NCBI GenBank assembly: GCA_947631355.1 | Contig: CANRKY010000001.1 | Coordinates: 1,284 to 65,283 of the forward strand | Reading direction: 5' to 3' | Origin: an uncultured Marvinbryantia sp. | Lineage (GTDB): Bacteria > Bacillota > Clostridia > Lachnospirales > Lachnospiraceae | Length of the DNA stretch: 64,000 bases | Part shown: one piece after another, positions 10,118-19,069 of the stretch | Layout of the letters: every line of letters starts with the position of its first letter | Position numbering within the stretch: position 1 is the first letter of the stretch | Translations under genes and position numbers: made by a program | Notes under the pieces: model-generated | What the model was told of the DNA's origin: nothing | Database searches by the model: none | Seen by the model: only the letters and a program-made list of their open reading frames with translations

Positions 10118-10879
10118 TTATTGGCTATTTGATTCGCAAATGCAGACAGTTATGTTGTCCTGGCTCCCATTATCCTTGGCCGCCTGTACCAGTTTTTCAG
10201 CTTTCTCAAGAAGAGAGCTGTTATCCTTCAAAATATCCTTTATCTGCCTTGATCTAACGCAATCCCATAATCCATCTGTACATAATAGATACATTTCCCC
10301 TTCTTGAATGGAAGGCTCAACCTCACTAATTTCGACTGGTTGACTCTCTTTACTACCCAAACAACGTCTGATAATATTCCTTCCATCGTAAGCGAAACTT
10401 TCTTCATATGACAAAATGCCGTTATCAATCATTTCCTGGACAACAGAATGATCTGTCGTAATTCGTGATAAATACTTTCCATCAAATCTATATACTCTGC
10501 TATCTCCCGCGTGAAAGAACATCATTCTTTCTTTTCCAAAGATAACTCCCGCAATCGTGGTTCTCATTTTACTGTACTTTACAAGAATACTTTGCTGATC
10601 ACATAGCCTTCGATTTATACTATCAAATTTATTAGCTAGTGTCTCTGTTGTAGATAATGAATCAGCTTCACATTTGGCCAGTTCAGAAAGTACAAATCCT
10701 GCAGCATATCCTCCACCATTATATCCACCCACGCCATCACACACCGCTGCAATAAATGGCAGTTTTAGAATCTGTTCTCCCTTCGAGTGATCATATATAA
10801 GATGACCCACCAATGCACGATCATCATTGTGATCATATCTTGTTCCTATATCAACTATTGTTGCTGTATGTATCTCCAT
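10118..10879 (-). CDS. PP2C-family Ser/Thr phosphatase
   Basis: NDDR, VCDGVGG, HAGDSRVY, LCTDGL and DNIT motifs. Confidence 0.93.
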   Translation of the reverse strand: MEIHTATIVDIGTRYDHNDDRALVGHLIYDHSKGEQILKLPFIAAVCDGVGGYNGGGYAAGFVLSELAKCEADSLSTTETLANKFDSINRRLCDQQSILVKYSKMRTTIAGVIFGKERMMFFHAGDSRVYRFDGKYLSRITTDHSVVQEMIDNGILSYEESFAYDGRNIIRRCLGSKESQPVEISEVEPSIQEGEMYLLCTDGLWDCVRSRQIKDILKDNSSLLEKAEKLVQAAKDNGSQDNITVCICESNSQ

Positions 10880-12803
10880 TTTCCATCATCCTAAAATGAA
10901 TTTGTCCATTTTTCCCTAAATAGCAGCGCAAAGAATTATCTTCTATTTCACAGGTACAAAGATAATTTGCCAACGGATTTAGCAATTCACGTTCAAGCAT
11001 ATTGCCAACACCACGTCCGCCGTTAGCTCGTTCCAATACAGCTTTCGTTTTCAACATATCTACGACATCATCTGTAAAGAGCGTTATTCCTTTTCGTTTT
11101 CTTATAGTTTTACATATATCATCAAGTTTTGAAATGCAAATTTCTTCAGCTATATTTTTATCAATAAACTGAAATACAACAATGTTATCCTCTCCCAAAC
11201 GATTTAATAGTTCTGGCCTACCATTCCCAACAAAATAATCCTTCACTCCCTGCGTTAGCTTTTGAGAGACCATACTTTTGAATTCTTCGCTATCTGGACT
11301 TGTTGGGTCTTCAATCATAATTGACTGTACGCGACGTATATTTCCCGTTTCGTCACATTGGGGGCGTCCATATTCATCATATTCAAGCTTTGTTAGACCA
11401 ATATTACTTGTAAAAATAATGATGGTTTCTCCAAAGTATACTGTATTTCCTTGATTATCAGTCATTCTTCCATCTTCTAGGATTTGGAGAAATTTGTCCA
11501 GTATAGTGGGAGAAGCTTTCTCTATCTCATCAAATAACAACACACTGAATGGATGCTTCTTAATCTCATTCGTGAGTTGACCACCTCCTTCATAACCTAC
11601 ATAGCCAGGAGGCGCTCCAAACAGTTTCTGATCACTTTGTTCAAGCCTGTATTCGCTCATATCGAATCGTATACAAGCGCTTTCATCTCCAAATATGGCT
11701 TCTGCTATTGCTTTTGCTGTCTCAGTTTTTCCTACTCCAGTAGGCCCTGCAAAAAAAAGTATGCCCCTCGGCTTATTCGAAGCATTTGAGTGCTGTAAAC
11801 CAGACAACCCCCTTACTGCCCTCGCAGCAACCATCTCTACTTTTCGTCTTGCTTCTTCCTGTCCTTTCACCCTTCTTGCGAGAGTATCGTGAATCCTTTG
11901 CATAATATCGTCTTCAAGCAAATCCCATGGATTGTCAAGTACACCGTACTTATATAGCTGACTTGCTTGATGAATCTGTTCTGGCTCAATATTCATTTTA
12001 TAAGCAAGTTTTAAAATCTGACCAATTTCACGGCACCGAAGTCCCTCAGTTTCTGCAACAAACTTTACACCATACTCAGCCTCTTCTTCGGAAAGTTTTG
12101 AATACGGCATTAACACACCATATAAATTTTCCAGATATAGGCGCCTTGTGCTCCTTTCTGGCATCCCAATAGATATCGTTCGAATATTCGGGTTATTAAT
12201 ATAAAGCCATGCAGGAACATCATTGTATTTATCAACCACCATAATAATCATATTACAAAGGCTGTCCGAAGATTTGGAAAGTGTAGAAGCTGCCATTAAA
12301 TTTAAGAACATCTCATTTGCATCTGACTGTCGATCATTACAAGCATCTAATCTGGAAGCAAAATTAATTACAAAGGCAATCCATTCTGCACCACCATCTT
12401 GTGCTTTGTACTCAACAATACTTTTTCTGATAATCTCGCTCATTGACAAAACAGCACTTTCATTTTCTGTCGGCCGATAATACGTCAATCCCTGCTTCAA
12501 ATTCTCTGTTTTGCTCGTATTATAATCTGCAAGTATTGTTTTTAGAATGCTTGTTTCTGTTTCAGATTCATAGCTATAAAACCCAAGAATAGGATCGCAA
12601 AACAAGGCCATTCCTTTTTCCAGCTTAATCAGTTCACAAAGCGCTGCATCTAGGTCATCAATACATGCAAAACGTAACTTGTTCTCCTCGTTCATAAAAA
12701 CGGGATATTCGTCATAAACATTTCCTTCAAGAATGATACAACTTTTCACACCTAAAAAACTCTGTACTTCTTTTTCCCATTTTGGTATATGTTCTCTTTT
12801 CAT
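10851..12803 (-). CDS. ClpA/B-like AAA+ ATPase (degenerate N-terminal module, intact D2-type module)
   Basis: GPTGVGKT, FDMSEY, GAPPGYVGY, LFDEIEKA and TSNIG motifs. Confidence 0.9.
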   Translation of the reverse strand: MKREHIPKWEKEVQSFLGVKSCIILEGNVYDEYPVFMNEENKLRFACIDDLDAALCELIKLEKGMALFCDPILGFYSYESETETSILKTILADYNTSKTENLKQGLTYYRPTENESAVLSMSEIIRKSIVEYKAQDGGAEWIAFVINFASRLDACNDRQSDANEMFLNLMAASTLSKSSDSLCNMIIMVVDKYNDVPAWLYINNPNIRTISIGMPERSTRRLYLENLYGVLMPYSKLSEEEAEYGVKFVAETEGLRCREIGQILKLAYKMNIEPEQIHQASQLYKYGVLDNPWDLLEDDIMQRIHDTLARRVKGQEEARRKVEMVAARAVRGLSGLQHSNASNKPRGILFFAGPTGVGKTETAKAIAEAIFGDESACIRFDMSEYRLEQSDQKLFGAPPGYVGYEGGGQLTNEIKKHPFSVLLFDEIEKASPTILDKFLQILEDGRMTDNQGNTVYFGETIIIFTSNIGLTKLEYDEYGRPQCDETGNIRRVQSIMIEDPTSPDSEEFKSMVSQKLTQGVKDYFVGNGRPELLNRLGEDNIVVFQFIDKNIAEEICISKLDDICKTIRKRKGITLFTDDVVDMLKTKAVLERANGGRGVGNMLERELLNPLANYLCTCEIEDNSLRCYLGKNGQIHFRMMENGDTYSNNS

Positions 12804-13375
12804 TCCTGTTTCTCCTTGTTACGTATTCCTACAAAAACAATATTGCCATCATGCGAAAATGTCTCCATTTTTCTTCCCTTATTGATGTACTCCTTATAAT
12901 CTTTACATAGCGCTTTGTTTAGATAATGTATTTTTTGATTATCAGAGCCACGTAATACACAGCCTTCAAAATTTCTGTCCTCTATATATGGTCCATCTAT
13001 CAAAACGTCAATAAGTTCCAAAACTCTTAATCCAGCATCTCCGCATACTTTATTCTTTATCTCCTCAAGTGTAAAACCCGTATATACAAGAATATCATTA
13101 AAATAGCACCTAATATGAATTAAGAGTTTTTCCAATTCATCCGCTTGTTCAAAAGGATCTCCTCCGGAAATTGTAATACGGGTCAGATTTTCCCTTTTCG
13201 CTATTTCCATTATAATTTTCGCAATAGATTGAACCGGCACCTCGGGCAAATCTGCATCTTGGAATTCTGGAGATATACAGTTATAACATCTTCGATGGCA
13301 ACCTTGTGTCCAGATACATAGACGATCACCCGGGCCTAATGCATGTACAGGTGCAATCAACTGAGCAATCTTCAT
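12800..13375 (-). CDS. NrdG-like radical SAM (activase-type) protein
   Basis: WTQGCHRRCYNC (CxxxCxxC), ISGGDPF, YTGF, DGPY and GSDNQ motifs; ATGA overlaps with both neighbours. Confidence 0.85.
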   Translation of the reverse strand: MKIAQLIAPVHALGPGDRLCIWTQGCHRRCYNCISPEFQDADLPEVPVQSIAKIIMEIAKRENLTRITISGGDPFEQADELEKLLIHIRCYFNDILVYTGFTLEEIKNKVCGDAGLRVLELIDVLIDGPYIEDRNFEGCVLRGSDNQKIHYLNKALCKDYKEYINKGRKMETFSHDGNIVFVGIRNKEKQE

Positions 13376-14268
13376 AATTGCACCCTCAATCGTATAGCAT
13401 CTGGCCGCAAGCATCCGAGCTTAATAATATCTCCATCGCTAAGAGCCGTCCTGCTTGATACTCTTTTACCATTAACAAGTGTACCATTTAAACTAGATTT
13501 TTTTTTAATACTTTTTTCTGGCACATCCCATACCCCGTCATATATGTACCATGTTCCATCCGTGAACTCAAAATAACACTGATATCCGCTTATATACAAA
13601 TCTGATCGGAAAAACTCATCACATTTTCTAAATCTTTCATATCGGGAATCGCTCTTATCCAAGATATCTGTCGAATATCTTCCAAAAAGAATTGGTGACT
13701 CTGATTCCGAGAAAGAAACACTGAATTCTGCGCTTCTGTCAATCACGGTAAACGTGATATTTCCTTCAATTGGTTTACTCAAATGAATTTGTCCTTCCGT
13801 TTTAGAATCACTGCTATCCCCTAGTATATTATTTAAGATTCTCTCCCATGACAGACTATAATCTTTCTCTTTGGAATTGAATAATATAGTATCTGGTTGA
13901 TTTGATTTAGTCTCTACGTTTTCCGGTATTTCTATTGGCATTTCTGATTCTCTCGTTGTATTATTCACAACTGGCTGCTTGTCAGAATTCGTTTTTACCC
14001 TTGATACATGAGAAATACTTTTATGGCAATACATGCATTGTGATATCGGACTTTGCGCTGCCACAGTATAGTTTTTTTTCCCACATCTTGGACACTCTTG
14101 TACTAATATTTCAAGGTTTTCATTAATATTCCCCCAAAGATCTGGACCAATGTCCGTCTTCACCTCTTCTGCACAAATTCTAGTTATATCTTCTCCGCAT
14201 TCACACTTCTCTACCGTGATGTCGTTATATAACCCGCATTTTGGACATTTTCTTAAAATATAGCTCAT
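13372..14268 (-). CDS. Zinc-ribbon plus FHA domain protein
   Basis: CPKC..CEC and CPRC..CMYC motifs; FHA motifs FGR, ISG.Q and SLNGTLVNG; GAGGTG RBS. Confidence 0.8.
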   Translation of the reverse strand: MSYILRKCPKCGLYNDITVEKCECGEDITRICAEEVKTDIGPDLWGNINENLEILVQECPRCGKKNYTVAAQSPISQCMYCHKSISHVSRVKTNSDKQPVVNNTTRESEMPIEIPENVETKSNQPDTILFNSKEKDYSLSWERILNNILGDSSDSKTEGQIHLSKPIEGNITFTVIDRSAEFSVSFSESESPILFGRYSTDILDKSDSRYERFRKCDEFFRSDLYISGYQCYFEFTDGTWYIYDGVWDVPEKSIKKKSSLNGTLVNGKRVSSRTALSDGDIIKLGCLRPDAIRLRVQL

Positions 14269-14293
14269 AATCTGGCACCTCAAACCGATTGAT

Positions 14294-15880
14294 TCATTGC
14301 ATATATTGATACCGAGTATCAGGTTTTTGTTTATCTCTTCTCATATTTGTGTTGTTCACTCCGGCTGCTATTCTTGTAACTTGATTTGAAGCCGCAGTTT
14401 CCTTAATTCCTATATCCACAAACCACTTTTCTTTAAGCCTTTTAGAGAGGCCCTGTAAGTTTCTACAATGATTTTCCTGTGTCTTGACTGTCTCTGCTTT
14501 ATTATTTCCTGTCATAATTGTCTGCAGTGTAGTACTCCCATCGCGGTGTGTAATCACCTGAAGTTGACAGAATTCATTTATTTTATACAGCTGCATAGCA
14601 TCCTGTTCAGTCCCCGGAACATAGTAAGCTGGGATTTCAGTACCGCTTTCCGTTTTGTATTGTGTCAACTCGCCCCGGAATTGCTTATATAATATATTCT
14701 TGTCAACCATAGAATAACCCATGGCGGTCATTTCATCGTTTAACGCCATGCAGATATATCCGTCTTTTCCTAATGTCTCGTATAATTTTGCACATTTTTT
14801 AGCTCGTTTAACAGTCTTCTTCTCGTTCTCTATCTCTCGTAGCAAATCCTGAGTGTCAGCGAAATCTGACTTGTCACGTACAGATAATCCGAGCCCAGTT
14901 CGTAAATCCGAATAAACTTTATAATAATATTCACCTTCAATTGCATCTAATTTTTGCAACCTTGTTCGATACTCTTCCATGCTCATTCGTAATCTATCCA
15001 GTCCCTGCCTTAAGTCTTTATTTGATATACCCGGAATTGAGAGACTTTCTATCCTCTCGTCTACACCACCCAAAATTCTTGTTAAATCCTTTTCCATGTT
15101 TTGGGGGATAGGTACTATTCCCGCACGCTCATGTTCCCTTTCAATTGCCCTGTGGAACTGCCCTGAGAGAGACATCAACTCTTCCCACAATCCAGAACGC
15201 TCATACTCTTCTGGAGAAACAGATTTAACGTCAGAAACCATCGCAAAAGATGTTGGTCCGTCCGGAATTTGCATATTAATTCGATTATGTACTTCTGTAA
15301 CATCGTCAATTAAATCTTGAAAATCCTCTTGCAATACATATCTAGCAGTTTCTTTAAGACGTTTACGAGTATTCATCATCTGTTCAAGCTGAGCAATTCT
15401 GACTTGACTAATCGAAGTAAATCGCGCAACAGTTTCTATATCTGCTGTTTTCACTTCCTTTAATATACTCTCTGTATCCTTAATAATATTAGTAGCGTCT
15501 ATCAGCATTTCTTGCAGCTGATCAGATTTCGCCAAATCATCCATACTTTTTTTCAGCTTTTCGGTTTCATTTATAAAAGAATCTGTTAACTTAAGAATAC
15601 TTCTTAGATTGCACGCCGTCTTTTCTCTGCTTATCTGTAGTTTTTCCATTCTTGAGTTTTCAATATTATCAACTGCACTATTCACAGCTTTTATTGTATT
15701 ATAAGATAATTTCCCACCTTGAAACAGAATCCATGCCACACCAAAGCAACTTGCCGCAACCGCTCCGCCTGCAAGCGCAACAATTCCCACTGCTACTTCA
15801 GCTGGGCCTCCAGCACTACTACTCATTTCTTCGCCGAGTGTCTTTTTGCTCGGCTCCCTCCTTTCTATCATAAAAAACAC
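14294..15880 (-). CDS. Long coiled-coil protein with hydrophobic N-terminal helix
   Basis: 528-aa ORF in the operon with a Gly/Ala-rich hydrophobic segment near the N-terminus; start uncertain. Confidence 0.6.
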   Translation of the reverse strand: MFFMIERREPSKKTLGEEMSSSAGGPAEVAVGIVALAGGAVAASCFGVAWILFQGGKLSYNTIKAVNSAVDNIENSRMEKLQISREKTACNLRSILKLTDSFINETEKLKKSMDDLAKSDQLQEMLIDATNIIKDTESILKEVKTADIETVARFTSISQVRIAQLEQMMNTRKRLKETARYVLQEDFQDLIDDVTEVHNRINMQIPDGPTSFAMVSDVKSVSPEEYERSGLWEELMSLSGQFHRAIEREHERAGIVPIPQNMEKDLTRILGGVDERIESLSIPGISNKDLRQGLDRLRMSMEEYRTRLQKLDAIEGEYYYKVYSDLRTGLGLSVRDKSDFADTQDLLREIENEKKTVKRAKKCAKLYETLGKDGYICMALNDEMTAMGYSMVDKNILYKQFRGELTQYKTESGTEIPAYYVPGTEQDAMQLYKINEFCQLQVITHRDGSTTLQTIMTGNNKAETVKTQENHCRNLQGLSKRLKEKWFVDIGIKETAASNQVTRIAAGVNNTNMRRDKQKPDTRYQYMQ

Positions 15881-15924
15881 TTAATCCCAAGTTCCTATTA
15901 AAATAGGTGCATATTTTCCTATGG

Positions 15925-17034
15925 CTATTCTTTATCGTCAGGCTGATTTTCTGATATGAATGGCGTCTCTTCTTTCGGAATAAAGCAACATCCAATAATA
16001 ACAGCTATCAGCATCATCTCATAAAATGCTTGTGGTCCGTAAAATGGCAAAGCCAGAAATACATTTGAGAATGGCAAAAATAACGCACAGCATAAACTCA
16101 ACACCCAACGGATTATTATAATAACCAGTGGTCCTATCGCAACAATCCTACCCGATGCTACTGTTATACTTCTATATAAGTCAATCAACACCCATAGCAC
16201 AAAAATGATCAGAATAATATATATTGGAATCATCAACACGATTTTCTTCTTAAAGACATATATGACACTGTAATAATCACCAACAAAGTCGGGAATATAT
16301 CGGATTTCTCCGTTGTACATCATAATTGCCTCATAAACCATACCCCCAATAGATGTTGCGATAATCAGCCCCCAAAAACCTTTCTTTTCAATAACTTTTG
16401 GTTTGTAAAAATAATAATATCCACAGCTTATATAGATGATATAAAGAACTCCATCTGATATCATATTCCATACCATATCCTGTTTTCCAGTTAAGTCAGG
16501 TGACAAATCATTTTGGGCATATAGAAAAGCCCATATAACACAAAAAGCTGTAAATATCAACATGGAATACCATTTTTTCCATGTTGAGCAGGCTTTCGCA
16601 CTCAAGATAAATAATAAAGGACATATAACACTTATCTGAATAAAAATCACCATGGACCGATGAAAAAAAACCGGCTGGTCAAGTTCCAAATAAACAGGTA
16701 TTCCATTAGATAATAATCTCAAAGTCAAAGCTTGTCTCCAAATATTCCGTAAAAGTATTGCCGCAACACACAAAAAGAAGAACATCTTATATCTCGTAAA
16801 ATGGCTCCATCGTATACGTGCAAACGTAGCGAGCAAACTTTTTACCCCACAAATAACACAGATAAAAATAAAAAGCTGTGAAATTGTGAACATCAAGCTT
16901 TCCCCCATATATGGATGGAAACATCCAGTTCTATTAAAGGTTTCGGCAACTCTATTAAAAAACAGCAGACCGGAAATACCAACAAGCGCCTCTGCGATCA
17001 AGATTAAATGCCCTCTTTTAGTAGCCCTATACAT
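15925..17034 (-). CDS. Polytopic membrane protein
   Basis: About 10 hydrophobic segments; AAGGAG RBS before ATG 17034. Confidence 0.7.
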   Translation of the reverse strand: MYRATKRGHLILIAEALVGISGLLFFNRVAETFNRTGCFHPYMGESLMFTISQLFIFICVICGVKSLLATFARIRWSHFTRYKMFFFLCVAAILLRNIWRQALTLRLLSNGIPVYLELDQPVFFHRSMVIFIQISVICPLLFILSAKACSTWKKWYSMLIFTAFCVIWAFLYAQNDLSPDLTGKQDMVWNMISDGVLYIIYISCGYYYFYKPKVIEKKGFWGLIIATSIGGMVYEAIMMYNGEIRYIPDFVGDYYSVIYVFKKKIVLMIPIYIILIIFVLWVLIDLYRSITVASGRIVAIGPLVIIIIRWVLSLCCALFLPFSNVFLALPFYGPQAFYEMMLIAVIIGCCFIPKEETPFISENQPDDKE

Positions 17035-17479
17035 ATGCGCTCCTTCTTTTTCCAAATCAACAAAAAATATTATGCTTCATAGCAATTATACTAAAGAGCG
17101 ATATTACATCTCTTAACTCGAGAATGAAAAACATTGCAATACTGATACCTGAGTTAATACTCATAATCAAAAAGCGTATCTACTACGCATCAAAAGCATT
17201 ATTCACAGTTAGATCAGTCATGTACCTTTGTCAAAAAATTGTCCACATCATCGCAATCATTTCAAAATTAAGCATTCGTAAAGATTATATCGGAAAAAAT
17301 AGTATTTGTCAATTTTTTGTGTAATCAGCCGAATTGTGTCTATTTTTTGTATGTTTGCTGTATTGTCAGAATAATTTGTGTGAATTATCTGTCATATATT
17401 CATTCTTCATGCCACAAACCGATTGTCCTTGGCAGACGGAAATTATACTTACTACGTTATCTCCATTGCACTCGCCCCA

Positions 17480-17902
17480 CTATTGTCTTATATCTCCTGT
17501 ATAAAAAACGATAACAATGATTTTGCAAAAAGGTTCTCTCTGCCCTATATCTTTGCATTGCAGATAGGAAGATATATCCAACGTGGACGGCAAGAAGCTA
17601 AACTTTACAGCATGAAAAGCACTCAACTGGCACATATAAATGATTTCACGGGCAAAGGTTTCCTTATCCTTAATATCTTTACAGTTTGCCACGACAATCA
17701 AATACTCATTGCCGTTCACGCTTGAACAGCTTACTATATCAGGCAAATCACTATGGCTTTTCTGCCTGTCCTTGAATAGCTTTGCTGCATATATGCCGAA
17801 AAAGACTACTACAAATAATAAGGTCATTCCAATAATCTGCTTTTTCCTTACCACTTTTCCCTCCATTGATGAAATAGGTTCCGAAAACAGAACCTTTGTC
17901 AT
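17480..17902 (-). pseudogene. Small membrane-anchored hypothetical protein, possibly degraded
   Basis: One TM segment followed by a short domain; the C-terminal part looks scrambled. Confidence 0.3.
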
Positions 17903-17957
17903 CTTCTATCTTAAACCTATAATAAAAGAAATGCAAGGGGGAAAGGGGTGAGGGAGT

Positions 17958-18158
17958 TTGATAAAATATGATAAGTTATGGGCAACTATGAAGGGAAAAG
18001 GCATTACGAAATATACCCTGCACACAGAATATCATGTCAGCAAGTCTCTCCTTTACCGTTTGCAGCACAATGAAGGCGTCAGCATGAATACCATCAATAT
18101 GCTCTGCAATATCCTTGACTGCAATATTGAAGATATTGCCACCCATTACAAGGATTAA
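17958..18158 (+). CDS. Cro/C1-type (Xre) HTH regulator
   Basis: 66 aa; the pattern MIKYDKLW...GVSMNTINMLCNILDCNIEDI is typical of clostridial Xre proteins. Confidence 0.85.
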   Translation: MIKYDKLWATMKGKGITKYTLHTEYHVSKSLLYRLQHNEGVSMNTINMLCNILDCNIEDIATHYKD

Positions 18159-18383
18159 TATAACTGCAGAAATACCGCCATTACAGATAATACGAAGAAG
18201 GGGAATCTATACTCCATCAGGATTCTTTCACAAAGAAAAATTGAAAGTTGAAAAAATATAGGATTTATCGAGATTTATTAGTCTTATACAAAGTTGCTAA
18301 TAGACCTCGACTTTTTTTTGCTGTGTAGAGATATAATATCTTTATAGTATAGGTATATGCCATCTATACGAGGAGATGATTTC

Positions 18384-18659
18384 ATGGCTATCACTCCAAC
18401 ACAATTTCATATTGATTCGAATATCAAACGTAAAGCAACAGCTCTATTTTCAAACCTTGGTTTGATATGTCTGTCAAGCGCAGTAAATCTTTTTCTGTAT
18501 CAATGTGTCCTTCGCGGCGGTCTGCCTTTTGCAGTGGAAGTTCCGCAATACAGTGTCAAAGCGCTCAGTGCAATGGCCGAAGCAAAAAAAATATCCCGTG
18601 ATCCTGACATCACGGGGTGCAACAACATGGAAGAACTAAAGACGGCACTTGACGACTAA
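18384..18659 (+). CDS. RelB/DinJ-family antitoxin
   Basis: IDSNIKRKATALFSNLGL..SSAVNLFL.Q.V..GGLPF; AGGAG RBS; TAATG coupling to the toxin remnant. Confidence 0.8.
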   Translation: MAITPTQFHIDSNIKRKATALFSNLGLICLSSAVNLFLYQCVLRGGLPFAVEVPQYSVKALSAMAEAKKISRDPDITGCNNMEELKTALDD

Positions 18660-18747
18660 TGTACCAAGTCAAATTTACCACTGCTTACAAGAAAAGTTAT
18701 AAGCTACCTTTACTGGCTTTCGGGCATGTCACATTAAATCTGATTGC
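18659..18747 (+). pseudogene. YafQ/RelE-family toxin remnant (internal deletion, frameshift, truncation)
   Basis: MYQVKFTTAYKKSYKL is followed in another frame by FTGFRACHIKSD, matching the YafQ GFRECHIKPD motif. Confidence 0.75.
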
Positions 18748-18943
18748 AACGTATCTCTCTCGCTTGCCCTTAAAATGAGGAGTGCCCCCGGTGTCTGGTA
18801 CACCGGAGGCAATTATGAAAAAATTTATCTATTAGTCGTAAGGTTGTTGGATTTCTTACTGTCACTACTATAACAGGCAATTGTGAACAGATTATGAACA
18901 ATCCATAAATTTATTGTTATTTTATACAAAAATCACTTTAAAG

Positions 18944-19058
18944 TGCTAAAGTTTTTGTCGTTTTTTACAGTTTTATCTTTGACAGCAGGGCGCCCGGGTT
19001 CGTGGAAATGCTCTCTGACTGCGGCAGCTCTACGGTGTAGCCCACTTTCAGCGCTACC
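18944..19058 (-). repeat. Degraded copy of rpsA 3' end
   Basis: 18944-19036 matches 20451-20543 (93 bp, 3 mismatches); 19031-19058 matches 20634-20661 (28 bp, 3 mismatches). Confidence 0.95.
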
Positions 19059-19069
19059 GTCCGTTATTT

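Larger units (their letters stand above)
1..18943. mobile_element. AT-rich genomic island (left end outside window)
   Basis: Abrupt shift from AT-rich to GC-rich DNA near 18.95 kb. Cargo is conflict/secretion and TA genes, and the boundary coincides with a duplicated rpsA 3' end. No integrase is seen in the window. Confidence 0.7.

Noticed and set aside
12800-13375. Calling this gene nrdG
   Set aside because: No nrdD nearby and the context is a conflict operon, so no symbol was given.
1-18943. Prophage or ICE
   Set aside because: No integrase, relaxase, T4SS or virion genes in the window; only island-level evidence.
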